A stretch of 64,000 bases of DNA from the human T2T-CHM13v2.0 reference genome, Homo sapiens. The translations under genes were made by a program, and so were the position numbers. Of this stretch, positions 26,901 through 41,499 are shown one piece after another. Under the pieces are notes generated by a model that made no database searches, was not told where the DNA came from, and worked only from the letters and a program-made list of their open reading frames with translations. Every line of letters begins with the position of its first letter. The first letter of the stretch is position 1. The stretch is taken from the NCBI RefSeq assembly GCF_009914755.1, contig NC_060948.1. The stretch is one strand, 5' to 3'.

Positions 26901-29900
26901 TGTAATGCAATCCAATAGAATGGAATCGAATGGCATGGAATATAAAGAAATGGATTCGAAGAGAATGGAAACAAATGGAATGGAATTGAATGGAATGGAA
27001 TTGAATGGAATGGGAACGAATGGAGTGAAATTGTATGCAGTAGAAGGGAATAGAATGGAATGCAAGCGAAAGGAAAGGAATGGATTGGAATGGAATGGAA
27101 TTCATTGGAATGGAAGGGAATGTAGTGTAATGGACAGGCCTGGAATAAAGTGGAATGCTACGGTCTCGAATGGAATAAAAATGTATGGAATGGAATGCAA
27201 TGAAACGGAATCGAATGTCATAGAATGTAATGGAATGCAAAAAAATGGAATCCAAAATCATTGACTGGAAAGGCTGGGTGTCGAAAGGAATTGACTGCAA
27301 TGGAATGGAATCGAATGGAATGGAAGTGAATAGAATCGAACTAAATCGAATGGAATGGAATTGATAGGAACGGAATGGAAAGGAATGCAATGATTTGGCA
27401 TGGAATGGAATCGAATGGCATCGAATGGAATGGAATGGAATGTATTAGAATGTAATGAACTTTAATGGAATGTACTCGAATGGATTCGACTGGAATGGAA
27501 TGTTCTGGAAGTGAATGGACTCCAATGGAATGGATTCAAAAGGAATGGAATCGTACGGAATGGAATCTAATGGAATGGAATTAAATGGAAATGAATCAAA
27601 TTGAATAGCACGGAATTGAATTGAATGGAATCGAATGCAATGGAATCTAATGAAACGGAAAGGAAAGGAATGGAATGGAATGGAATGGGCTGGAATGGAA
27701 AGGAATCGAAACGAATGGAATGGAATCGAACTGAAGAGACTGGAATGGAATGCACTGGAATGGAAGGGAGTGTAATGGAAGGTTCTCAAGAAAAATGGAA
27801 TCGAATGGAATGGAATTGAATGGAACGGAATAGAGTCGAATGGAATTGAATGGAATGGAATGGACTAGAGTGAAATGGAATCGAACCACAAGGAATGGAC
27901 AGGAATAGAATGGTCTCGAATTGAATGGAATCGTATGGAATGGCATCAAACGGAATGGAATGGACAGCCACGGAATGGAATGCACTCGAATGCAATGGAG
28001 TCGAAACTAATGGACTGGAATAGAATGGACTCGACTGGTACGGACTCCAATGGAATGGAATCGAATGGAAGGGAATCGAACGGAATGGACTCGAAGGGAA
28101 AAGACTGCAATGGAAAGGTCTCGAATGGAATGGAAATTAATGGAATGGAATGGAATCGAATGAAATGGAGTCAAAAGGAATGGAATCGAATGGCAAGAAA
28201 TCGAATGTAATGGAATCGCAAGGAATTGATGTGAACGGAACGGAATGGAATGGAATCCAAAGGAATGGAATAGAATGGAATGGAATCGAATGGAAAGGAC
28301 TCGAATGGAAATCACTCGAATAGAATGCAATTTAATAAAATAGGATCAAATGTAATGGAATGGAATGGAAAGGAATCGAAACGAAAGGAATGGAGACAGA
28401 TGGAATGGAATAGAACAGAGAGCAATGGTATAGAATGGAATGGAATCATCTGGAATGGAATTGAATGGAATGGAATAATATGAAATGGAATGGAATGGAA
28501 TGGAATGGAATGCCCTTGAATTAAATGGACTGGAATGGAATGGACTCGAACAGAGTGGAATGGAAAGTGTTGAGATAGAATGGAATGGACTCCTTTGGAA
28601 TGGTGTAGTATGCAGTGCAATCGACTGGCAGGGAATCAAAAGGAATGTAATGGAATGGATTGGACTGGAATGCAATGGACTCGAATAGATTGGAAACGGA
28701 ATGCAAAGGAATGGAATGGAATAGTATGGAATGGAATGGAAAGGAATGGAGTGGAATAGACTAGAGTGGAATGGAATGGACTGGAAAGCAATGGACTGGA
28801 ATGGAACTTTCTTGAATGGACTGAAATCAAACGGAATGGAATGCAATGCAATCAAATGGCATGGAATAAAATAGAATGAAAGAGAATCAAATGGAATTGA
28901 ATCGAATGGAATCGAATGGATTGGAAAGGAATAGAATGGAATTGAATGGAATGGACTCAAATGGAATGGACTAGAATGGAATGGATTCGAATGGAAGGCA
29001 AAGGAATGGAATCTATTGGAATGGACTGTAATGGAATGGAATGGAAGGGATTGGAATGGACTCGAATGGAATGGACTGCAATAGAAAGGATTCGAATGGA
29101 ATGAAAAAGAATTGAATGGAATAGAACAGAATGGAATCAAATCGAATGAAATGGAATGGAATAGAAAGGAATGGAATGAAATGGAATGGAAAGGATTCGA
29201 ATGGAATGCAATCGAATGGAATGGAATCGAACGGAATGGAATAAAATGGAAGAAAACTGGCAAGAAATGGAATCGAAATGAATGGAGTGTTATGGAACGG
29301 ACTCAAAAGGAATTGAATGTAATAGAATGGAGTGGAGTGGACTCGAATATAATGGACTGGAATGGAATGAAATCACATGGAATGGGAACGAATGGAATGG
29401 AATGGAAAGGAATGGAATCGAATGGAAAGGAATCGAATGGAAGGGAATGAAATTGAATCAACAGGAATGGAAGGGAATAGAATAGACGGTAATGGAATGG
29501 ACTCGAATAGAATGGACACGAATGCTCAAATTGAATGGACTCGAATGGAATGGAAACGAAAGGAATGTCATCGAATGGAATTGAATCGATTGGAATGAAA
29601 TCGCATAGAATGGAGTGGAATCAAATGGAATTGAATCGAAAGGAAAGGAAGCGAATGGACTGAATTGAAATGGAATGGAATTGAATGGAAAGTAATGCAA
29701 TGGAATAGAATGGAACGAAATTTCACGGAATGGAATCAAACTGAATGGAATCAAATCAATGGAATCAAATCAAATGGAATGGAAAGGAATTGAATGGAGT
29801 AGATTGGATTGGATGGGATTGGAATGAAATGTACTGGAAAGGACTCGAATTTCATGAAACGGAATGGAATGAATTGGAACGGAATGGACTCGAATGGAAT

Positions 29901-32900
29901 GGAATGTCATGGAATGGCATCAAATGGAATGGAATCGAATGCAATGGAATGCTATGGAATGGAATGGAATGCATTGGAATGGAATGTCCTCTAATGGAAT
30001 GGATTCGAGTGGAATGGAATCGAATATAATGGAGTCGAATGAAATGGAATTGAAAGGAATGGGATCGAATACAATGGAATATACTGGAATGTAATGTAAT
30101 GAACTCGAATGTAATTGACTGGAATGGAATGTACATGAATGGAATGTAATCGAATGGGAAGTAATCCAATGGAATAGAATCTAATGCAATAAAATCGACT
30201 CAGATAGAGTAGAATGTAATGGAATGGAGTGCAGTGCAATGGAATGGAATGGAATGGAATTCAATTGAATGGAATGGAATGGAATGGAATGGAATGGAAT
30301 GGAATGGAATGGGATGGAATGGTATGGAATGGATAGTAATGGACTGGAGTGAAATGGACTGGAAAGGAATGGACTCAAATTGAAAGGGCTCGAAAGGAAT
30401 GGAGTCAAATGGAATGGTCTGGAATGGAATGAACACGAATGTAATGCAATCCAATAGAATGGAATCGAATGGCATGGAATATAAAGAAATGGAATCGGAG
30501 AGAATGGAAACAAATGGAGTGGAATTGAATGGAATGGAATTGAATGGAATGGGAACGAATGGAGTGAAATTGTATGCAGTAGAAGGGAATAGAATGGAAT
30601 GCAAGCGAAAGGAAAGGAATGGATTGGAATGGAATGGAATTCATTGGAATGGAAGGGAATGGAGTGTAATGGACAGGCCTTGAATAAAGTGGAATGCTAC
30701 GGTCTCGAATGGAATAAAAATGTATGGAATGGAATGCAATGAAATGGAATCGAATGTCATAGAATGTAATGGAATGCAACAAAATGGAATCCAAAATCAT
30801 TGACTGGAAAGGCTGGGTGTCGAAAGGAATTGACTCCAATGGAATGGAATCGAATGGAATGGAAGTGAATAGAATCGAACTAAATCGAATGGAATGGAAT
30901 TGATAGGAACGGAATGGAAAGGAATGCAATGATTTGGCATGGAATGGAATCGAATGGCATCGAATGGAATGGAATGGAATGCAATGGAATGGAATGTATT
31001 AGAATGTAATGAACTTTAATGGAATGTACTCGAATGGATTCGACTGGAATGGAATGTTCTGGAAGTGAATGGACTCCAATGGAATGGATTCAAAAGGAAT
31101 GGAATCGTACGGAATGGAATCTAATGGAATGGAATTAAATGGAAATGAATCAAATTGAATAGCACGGAATTGAATTGAATGGAATGGAATGCAATGGAAT
31201 CTAACGAAACGGAAAGGAAAGGAATGCAATGGAATGGAATGGGCTGGAATGGAAAGGAATCGAAACGAATGGAATGGAATCGAACTGAAGAGACTGGAAT
31301 GGAATGCACTGGAATGGAAGGGAGTGTAATGGAAGGTTCTCGAAAAAAATGGAATCGAATGGAATGGAATTGAATGGAACGGAATAGAGTCGAATGGAAT
31401 TGAATGGAATGGAATGGACTAGAGTGAAATGGAATCGAACCACAAGGAATGGACAGGAATAGAATGGTCTCGAATTGAATGGAATCGTATGGAATGGCAT
31501 CAAACGGAATGGAATGGACAGCCACGGAATGGAATGCACTCGAATGCAATGGAGTCGAAACTAATGGACTGGAATAGAATGGACTCGACTGGTACGGACT
31601 CCAATGGAATGGAATCGAATGGAAGGGAATCGAACGGAATGGACTCGAAGGGAAAAGACTGCAATGGAAAGGTCTCGAATGGAATGGAAATTAATGGAAT
31701 GGAATGGAATCGAATGAAATGGAGTCAAAAGGAATGGAATCGAATGGCAAGAAATCGAATGTAATGGAATCGCAAGGAATTGATGTGAACGGAACGGAAT
31801 GGAATGGAATCCAAAGGAATGGAATAGAATGGAATGGAATCGAATGGAAAGGACTCGAATGGAAATCACTCGAATAGAATGCAATTTAATAAAATAGGAT
31901 CAAATGTAATGGAATGGAATGGAAAGGAATCGAAACGAAAGGAATGGAGACAGATGGAATGGAATGGAACAGAGAGCAATGGTATAGAAGGGAATGGAAT
32001 CATCTGGAATGGAATTGAATGGAATGGAATAATATGAAATGGAATGGAATGGAATGGAATGGAATGCCCTTGAATTAAATGGACTGGAATGGAATGGACT
32101 CGAACAGAGTGGAATGGAAAGTGTTGAGATAGAATGGAATGGACTCCTTTGGAATGGTGTAGTATGCAATGCAATCGACTGGCAGGGAATCAAAAGGAAT
32201 GTAATCGAATGGATTGGACTGGAATGCAATGGACTCGAATAGATTGGAAACGGAATGCAAAGGAATGGAATGGAATAGTATGGAATGGAATGGAAAGGAA
32301 TGGAGTGGAATAGACTAGAGTGGAATGGAATGGACTGGAAAGCAATGGACTGGAATGGAACTTTCTTGAATGGACTGGAATCAAACGGAATGGAATGCAA
32401 TGCAATCAAATGGCATGGAATAAAATAGAATGAAAGAGAATCAAATGGAATTGAATCGAATGGAATCGAATGGATTGGAAAGGAATAGAATGGAATGGAA
32501 TGGAATGGACTAGAATGGAATGGATTCGAATGGAAGGCAAAGGAATGGAATCTATTGGAATGGACTGTAATGGAATGGAATGGAAGGGATTGGAATGGAC
32601 TCGAATGGAATGGACTGCAATAGAAAGGATTCGAATGGAATGAAAAAGAATTGAATGGAATAGAACAGAATGGAATCAAATCGAATGAAATGGAATGGAA
32701 TAGAAAGGAATGGAATGAAATGGAATGGAAAGGATTCGAATGGAATGCAATCGAATGGAATGGAATCGAACGGAATGGAATAAAATGGAAGAAAACTGGC
32801 AAGAAATGGAATCGAAATGAATGGAGTGTTATGGAATGGACTCAAAAGGAATTGAATGTAATAGAATGGAGTGGAGTGGACTCGAATATAATGGACTGGA

Positions 32901-35900
32901 ATGGAATGAAATCACATGGAATGGGAACGAATGGAATGGAATGGAAAGGAATGGAATCGAATGGAAAGGAATCGAATGGAAGGGAATGAAATTGAATCAA
33001 CAGGAATGGAAGGGAATAGAATAGACGGTAATGGAATGGACTCGAATAGAATGGACACGAATGCTCAAATTGAATGGACTCGAATGGAATGGAAACGAAA
33101 GGAATGTCATCGAATGGAATTGAATCGATTGGAATGAAATCGCATAGAATGGAGTGGAATCAAATGGAATTGAATCGAAAGGAAAGGAAGCGAATGGACT
33201 GAAATGAAATGGAATGGAATTGAATGGAAAGTAATGCAATGGAATAGAATGGAACGAAATTTCACGGAATGGAATCAAACTGAATGGAATCAAATCAATG
33301 GAATCTAATCAAATGGAATGGAAAGGAATTGAATGGAGTAGATTGGATTGGATGGGATTGGAATGAAATGTACTGGAAAGGACTCGAATTTCATGAAACG
33401 GAATGGAATGAATTGGAACGGAATGGACTCGAATAGAATGGAATGTCATGGAATGGCATCAAATGGAATGGCATCAAATGGAATGGAATCGAATGCAATG
33501 GAATGCTATGGAATGGAATGGAATGCATTGGAATGGAATGTCCTCTAATGGAATGGATTCGAGTGGAATGGAATCGAATATAATGGAGTCGAATGAAATG
33601 GAATTGAAAGGAATGGGATCGAATACAATGGAATATACTGGAATGTAATGTAATGAACTCGAATGTAATTGACTGGAATGGAATGTACATGAATGGAATG
33701 TAATCGAATGGAAAGTAATCCAATGGAATAGAATCTAATGCAATAAAATCGACTCAGATAGAGTAGAAAGTAATGGAATGGAGTGCAGTGCAATGGAATG
33801 GAATGGAATGGAATGCAGTGGAATGGAATGGAATGGAATGGAATGGAATTGAATGGGATGGAATGGTATGGAATGGACAGTAATGGACTGGAGTGAAATG
33901 GACTGGAAAGGAATGGACTCAAATTGAAAGGGCTCGAAAGAAATGGAGACAAATGGAATGGTCTGGAATGGAATGAACACGAATGTAATGCAATCCAATA
34001 GAATGGAGTCGAATGGCTTGGAATATAAAGAAATGGAATCGAAGAGAATGGAAACAAATGGAATGGAATTGAATGGAATGGAATTGAATGGAATGGGAAC
34101 GAATGGAGTGAAATTGTATGCAGTAGAAGAGAATAGAATGGAATGCAAGCGAAAGGAAAGGAATGGATTGGAATGGAATGGAATTCATTGGAATGGAAGG
34201 GAATGTAGTGTAATGGACAGGCCTGGAATAAAGTGGAATGCTACGGTCTCGAATGGAATAAAAATGTATGGAATGGAATGCAATGAAACGGAATCGAATG
34301 TCATAGAATGTAATGGAATGCAAAAAAATGGAATCCAAAATCATTGACTGGAAAGGCTGGGTGTCGAAAGGAATTGACTCCAATGGAATGGAATCGAATG
34401 GAATGGAAGTGAATAGAATCGAACTAAATCGAATGGAATGGAATTGATAGGAACGGAATGGAAAGGAATGCAATGATTTGGCATGGAATGGAATCGAATG
34501 GCATCGAATGGAATGGAATGGAATGCAATGGAATGGAATGTATTAGAATGTAATGAACTTTAATGGAATGTACTCGAATGGATTCGACTGGAATGGAATG
34601 TTCTGGAAGTGAATGGACTCCAATGGAATGGATTCAAAAGGAATGGAATCGTACGGAATGGAATCTAATGGAATGGAATTAAATGGAAATGAATCAAATT
34701 GAATAGCACGGAATTGAATTGAATGGAATGGAATGCAATGGAATCTAATGAAACGGAAAGGAAAGGAATGGAATGGAATGGAATGGGCTGGAATGGAAAG
34801 GAATCGAAACGAATGGAATGGAATCGAACTGAAGAGACTGGAATGGAATGCACTGGAATGGAAGGGAGTGTAATGGAAGGTTCTCGAAAAAAATGGAATC
34901 GAATGGAATGGAATTGAATGGAACGGAATAGAGTCGAATGGAATTGAATGGAATGGAATGGACTAGAGTGAAATGGAATCGAACCACAAGGAATGGAGAG
35001 GAATAGAATGGTCTCGAATTGAATGGAATCGTATGGAATGGCATCAAACGGAATGGAATGGACAGCCACGGAATAGAATGCACTCGAATGCAATGGAGTC
35101 GAAACTAATGGACTGGAATAGAATGAACTCGACTGGTACGGACTCCAATGGAATGGAATCGAATGGAAGGGAATCGAACGGAATGGACTCGAAGGGAAAA
35201 GACTGCAATGGAAAGGTCTCGAATGGAATGGAAATTAATGGAATGGAATGGAATCGAATGAAATGGAGTCAAAAGGAATGGAATCGAATGGCAAGAAATC
35301 GAATGTAATGGAATCGCAAGGAATTGATGTGAACGGAACGGAATGGAATGGAATCCAAAGGAATGGAATAGAATGGAATGGAATCGAATGGAAAGGACTC
35401 GAATGGAAATAACTCGAATAGAATGCAATTTAATAAAATAGGATCAAATGTAATGGAATGGAATGGAAAGGAATCGAAACGAAAGGAATGGAGACAGATG
35501 GAATGGAATAGAACAGAGAGCAATGGTATAGAATGGAATGGAATCATCTGGAATGGAATTGAATGGAATGGAATAATATGAAATGGAATGGAATGGAATG
35601 GAATGGAATGCCCTTGAATTAAATGGACTGGAATGGAATGGACTCGAACAGAGTGGAATGGAAAGTGTTGAGATAGAATGGAATGGACTCCTTTGGAATG
35701 GTGTAGTATGCAATGCAATCGACTGGCAGGGAATCAAAAGGAATGTAATGGAATGGATTGGACTGGAATGCAATGGACTCGAATAGATTGGAAACGGAAT
35801 GCAAAGGAATGGAATGAAATAGTATGGAATGGAATGGAAAGGAATGGAGTGGAATAGACTAGAGTGGAATGGAATGGACTGGAAAGCAATGGACTGGAAT

Positions 35901-38900
35901 GGAACTTTCTTGAATGGACTGGAATCAAACGGAATGGAATGCAATGCAATCAAATGGCATGGAATAAAATAGAATGAAAGAGAATCAAATGGAATTGAAT
36001 CGAATGGAATCGAATGGATTGGAAAGGAATAGAATGGAATGGAATGGAATTGACTCAAATGGAATGGACTAGAATGGAATGTATTCGAATGGAAGGCAAA
36101 GGAATGGAATCTATTGGAATGGACTGTAATGGAATGGAATGGAAGGGATTGGAATGGACTCGAATGGAATGGACTGCAATAGAAAGGATTCGAATGGAAT
36201 GAAAAAGAATTGAATGGAATAGAACAGAATGGAATCAAATCGAATGAAATGGAATGGAATAGAAAGGAATGGAATGAAATGGAATGGAAAGGATTCGAAT
36301 GGAATGCAATCGAATGGAATGGAATCGAACGGAATGGAATAAAATGGAAGAAAACTGGCAAGAAATGGAATCGAAATGAATGGAGTGTTATGGAACGGAC
36401 TCAAAAGGAATTGAATGTAATAGAATGGAGTGGAGTGGACTCGAATATAATGGACTGGAATGGAATGAAATCACATGGAATGGGAACGAATGGAATGGAA
36501 TGGAAAGGAATGGAATCGAATGGAAAGGAATCGAATGGAAGGGAATGAAATTGAATCAACAGGAATGGAAGGGAATAGAATAGACGGTAATGGAATGGAC
36601 TCGAATAGAATGGACACGAATGCTCAAATTGAATGGACTCGAATGGAATGGAAACGAAAGGAATGTCATCGAATGGAATTGAATCGATTGGAATGAAATC
36701 GCATAGAATGGAGTGGAATCAAATGGAATTGAATCGAAAGGAAAGGAAGCGAATGGACTGAAATGAAATGGAATGGAATTGAATGGAAAGTAATGCAATG
36801 GAATAGAATGGAACGAAATTTCACGGAATGGAATCAAACTGAATGGAATCAAATCAATGGAATCCAATCAAATGGAATGGAGTAGATTGGATTGGATGGG
36901 ATTGGAATGAAATGTACTGGAAAGGACTCGAATTTCATGAAACGGAATGGAATGAATTGGAACGGAATGGACTCGAATGGAATGGAATGTCATAGAATGG
37001 CATCAAATGGATTGGCATCAAATGGAATGGAATCGAATGCAATGGAATGCTATGGAATGGAATGGAATGCATTGGAATGGAATGTCCTCTAATGGAATGG
37101 ATTCGAGTGGAATGGAATCGAATATAATGGAGTCGAATGAAATGGAATTGAAAGGAATGGGATCGAATACAATGGAATATACTGGAATGTAATGTAATGA
37201 ACTCGAATGTAATTGACTGGAATGGAATGTACATGAATGGAATGTAATCGAATGGAAAGTAATCCAATGGAATAGAATCTAATGCAATAAAATCGACTCA
37301 GATAGAGTAGAATGTAATGGAATGGAGTGCAGTGCAATGGAATGGAATGGAATGGAATGCAATGGAATGGAATGGAATGGAATGGAATGGAATGGAATGG
37401 AATGGAATGGAATGGGATGGAATGGTATGGAATGGATAGTAATGGACTGGAGTGAAATGGACTGGAAAGGAATGGACTCAAATTGAAAGGGCTCGAAAGG
37501 AATGGAGTCAAATGGAATGGTCTGGAATGGAATGAACACGAATGTAATGCAATCCAATAGAATGGAATCGAATGGCATGGAATATAAAGAAATGGAATCG
37601 AAGAGAATGGAAACAAATGGAATGGAATTGAATGGAATGGAATTGAATGGAATGGGAACGAATGGAGTGAAATTGTATGCAGTAGAAGGGAATAGAATGG
37701 AATGCAAGTGAAAGGAAAGGAATGGATTGGAATGGAATGGAATTCATTGGAATGGAAGGGAATGTAGTGTAATGGACAGGCCTGGAATAAAGTGGAATGC
37801 TACGGTCTCGAATGGAATAAAAATGTATGGAATGGAATGCAATGAAACGGAATCGAATGTCATAGAATGTAATGGAATGCAAAAAAATGGAATCCAAAAT
37901 CATTGACTGGAAAGGCTGGGTGTCGAAAGGAATTGACTGCAATGGAATGGAATCGAATGGAATGGAAGTGAATAGAATCGAACTAAATCGAATGGAATGG
38001 AATTGATAGGAACGGAATGGAAAGGAATGCAATGATTTGGCATGGAATGGAATCGAATGGCATCGAATGGAATGGAATGGAATGCAATGGAATGGAATGT
38101 ATTAGAATGTAATGAACATTAATGGAATGTACTCGAATGGATTCGACTGGAATGGAATGTTCTGGAAGTGAATGGACTCCAATGGAATGGATTCGAAAGG
38201 AATGGAATCGAACGGAATGGATTCTAATGGAATGGAATTAAATGGAAATGAATCAAATTGAATAGCACGGAATTGAATTGAATGGAATCGAATGCAATGG
38301 AATCTAATGAAACGGAAAGGAAAGAATGGAATGGAATAGAATGAGCTGGAATGGAAAGGAATCAAAACGAATGGAATGGAATCGAACTGAAGAGACTGGA
38401 ATGGAATGCACTGGAATGGAAGGGAGTGTAATGGAAGGTTCTCGAAAAAAATGGAATCGAATGGAATGGAATTGAATGGAACGGAATAGAGTCGAATGGA
38501 ATTGAATGGAATGGAATGGACTAGAGTGAAATGGAATCGAACCACAAGGAATGGACAGGAATAGAATGGTCTCGAATTGAATGGAATCGTATGGAATGGC
38601 ATCAAACGGAATGGAATGGACAGCCACGGAATGGAATGCACTCGAATGCAATGGAGTCGAAACTAATGGACTGGAATAGAATGGACTCGACTGGTACGGA
38701 CTCCAATGGAATGGAATCGAATGGAAGGGAATCGAACGGAATGGACTCGAAGGGAAAAGACTGCAATGGAAAGGTCTCGAATGGAATGGAAATTAATGGG
38801 ATGGAATGGAATCGAATGAAATGGAGTCAAAAGTTATGGAATCGAATGGCAAGAAATCGAATGTAATGGAATCGCAAGGAATTGATGTGAACGGAACGGA

Positions 38901-41499
38901 ATGGAATGGAATCCAAAGGAATGGAATAGAATGGAATGGAATCGAATGGAAAGGACTCGAATGGAAATCACTCGAATAGAATGCAATTTAATAAAATAGG
39001 ATCAAATGTAATGGAATGGAATGGAAAGGAATCGAAACGAAAGGAATGGAGACAGATGGAATGGAATGGAACAGAGAGCAATGGTATAGAATGGAATGGA
39101 ATCATCTGGAATGGAATTGAATGGAATGGAATAATATGAAATGGAATGGAATGGAATGGAATGGAATGGAATGCCCTTGAATTAAATGGACTGGAATGGA
39201 ATGGACTCGAACAGAGTGGAATGGAAAGTGTTGAGATAGAATGGAATGGACTCGTTTGGAATGGTCTAGTATGCAATGCAATGGACTGGCAGGGAATCAA
39301 AAGGAATGTAATGGAGTGGATTGGACTGGAATGCAATGGACTCGAATAGATTGGAAACGGAATGCAAAGGAATGGAATGGAATAGTATGGAATGGAATGG
39401 AAAGGAATGGAGTGGAATAGACTAGAGTGGAATGGAATGGACTGGAAAGCAATGGACTGGAATGGAACTTTCTTGAATGGACTGGAATCAAACGGAATGG
39501 AATGCAATGCAATCAAATGGCATGGAATAAAATAGAATGAAAGAGAATCAAATGGAATTGAATCGAATGGAATCGAATGGATTGGAAAGGAATAGAATGG
39601 AATGGAATGGAATTGACTCAAATGTAATGGACTAGAATGGAATGTATTCGAATGGAAGGCAAAGGAATGGAATCTATTGGAATGGACTGTAATGGAATGG
39701 AATGGAAGGGATTGGAATGGACTCGAATGGAATGGACTGCAATAGAAAGGATTCGAATGGAATGAAAAAGAATTGAATGGAATAGAACAGAATGGAATCA
39801 AATCGAATGAAATGGAATGGAATAGAAAGGAATGGAATGAAATGGAATGGAAAGGATTCGAATGGAATGCAATCGAATGGAATGGAATCGAACGGAATGG
39901 AATAAAATGGAAGAAAACTGGCAAGAAATGGAATCGAAATGAATGGAGTGTTATGGAATGGACTCAAAAGGAATTGAATGTAATAGAATGGAGTGGAGTG
40001 GACTCGAATATAATGGACTGGAATGGAATGAAATCACATGGAATGGGAACGAATGGAATGGAATGGAAAGGAATGGAATCGAATGGAAAGGAATCGAATG
40101 GAAGGGAATGAAATTGAATCAACAGGAATGGAAGGGAATAGAATAGACGGTAATGGAATGGACTCGAATAGAATGGACACGAATGCTCAAATTGAATGGA
40201 CTCGAATGGAATGGAAATGAAAGGAATGTCATCGAATGGAATTGAATCGATTGGAATGAAATCGCATAGAATGGAGTGGAATCAAATGGAATTGAATCGA
40301 AAGGAAAGGAAGCGAATGGACTGAAATGAAATGGAATGGAATTGAATGGAAAGTAATGCAATGGAATAGAATGGAACGAAATTTCACGGAATGGAATCAA
40401 ACTGAATGGAATCAAATCAATGGAATCTAATCAAATGGAATGGAAAGGAATTGTATGGAGTAGATTGGATTGGATGGGATTGGAATGAAATGTACTGGAA
40501 AGGACTCGAATTTCATGAAACGGAGTGGAATGAATTGGAACGGAACGGACTCGAATGGAATGGAATGTCATGGAATGGCATCAAATGGAATGGCATCAAA
40601 TGGAATGGAATCGAATGCAATGGAATGCTATGGAATGGAATGGAATGCATTTTAATGGAATGTCCTCTAATGGAATGGATTCGAGTGGAATGGAATCGAA
40701 TATAATGGAGTCGAATGAAATGGAATTGAAAGGAATGGGATCGAATACAATGGAATATACTGGAATGTAATGTAATGAACTCGAATGTAATTGACTGGAA
40801 TGGAATGTACATGAATGGAATGTAATCGAATGGAAAGTAATCCAATGGAATAGAATCTAATGCAATAAAATCGACTCAGATAGAGTAGAATGTAATGGAA
40901 TGGAGTGCAGTGCAATGGAATGGAATGGAATGGAATGCAATGGAATGGAATGGAATGGAATGGAATGGAATGGAATGGAATGGAATGGAATGGTGTGGAA
41001 TGGATAGTAATGGACTGGAGTGAAATGGACTGGAAAGGAATGGACTCAAATTGAATGGGCTCGAAAGGAATGGAGTCAAATGGAATGGTCTGGAATGGAA
41101 TGAACACGAATGTAATGCAATCCAATAGAATGGAATCGAATGGCATGGAATATAAAGAAATGGAATCGAAGAGAATGGAAACAAATGGATTGGAATTGAG
41201 TGGAATGGAATTGAATGGAATGGGAACGAATGGAGTGAAATTGTATGCAGTAGAAGAGAATAGAATGGAATGCAAGCGAAAGGAAAGGAATGGATTGGAA
41301 TGGAATGGAATTCATTGGAATGGAAGGGAATGTAGTGTAATGGACAGGCCTGGAATAAAGTGGAATGCTACGGTCTCGAATGGAATAAAAATGTATGGAA
41401 TGGAATGCAATGAAACGGAATCGAATGTCATAGAATGTAATGGAATGCAACAAAATGGAATCCAAAATCATTGACTGGAAAGGCTGGGTGTCGAAAGGA

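Larger units (their letters stand above)
1..32001 (+). repeat. Four-unit higher-order repeat of DYZ1 (ABCD-ABCD-A), period 14211-14236 bp
   Basis: Diagnostic variants recur at ~14.2 kb: attggacggg 1361/15572, gcattttaat 5113/19324, gaggtag 7218/21449, tcagcagg 11663/25894, ttctcaagaaaa 13547/27783. A-type markers (ctgaaatcaa 374/14585/28821; ctaacgaaac 2774/16985/31201) occur a third time. Confidence 0.9.
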
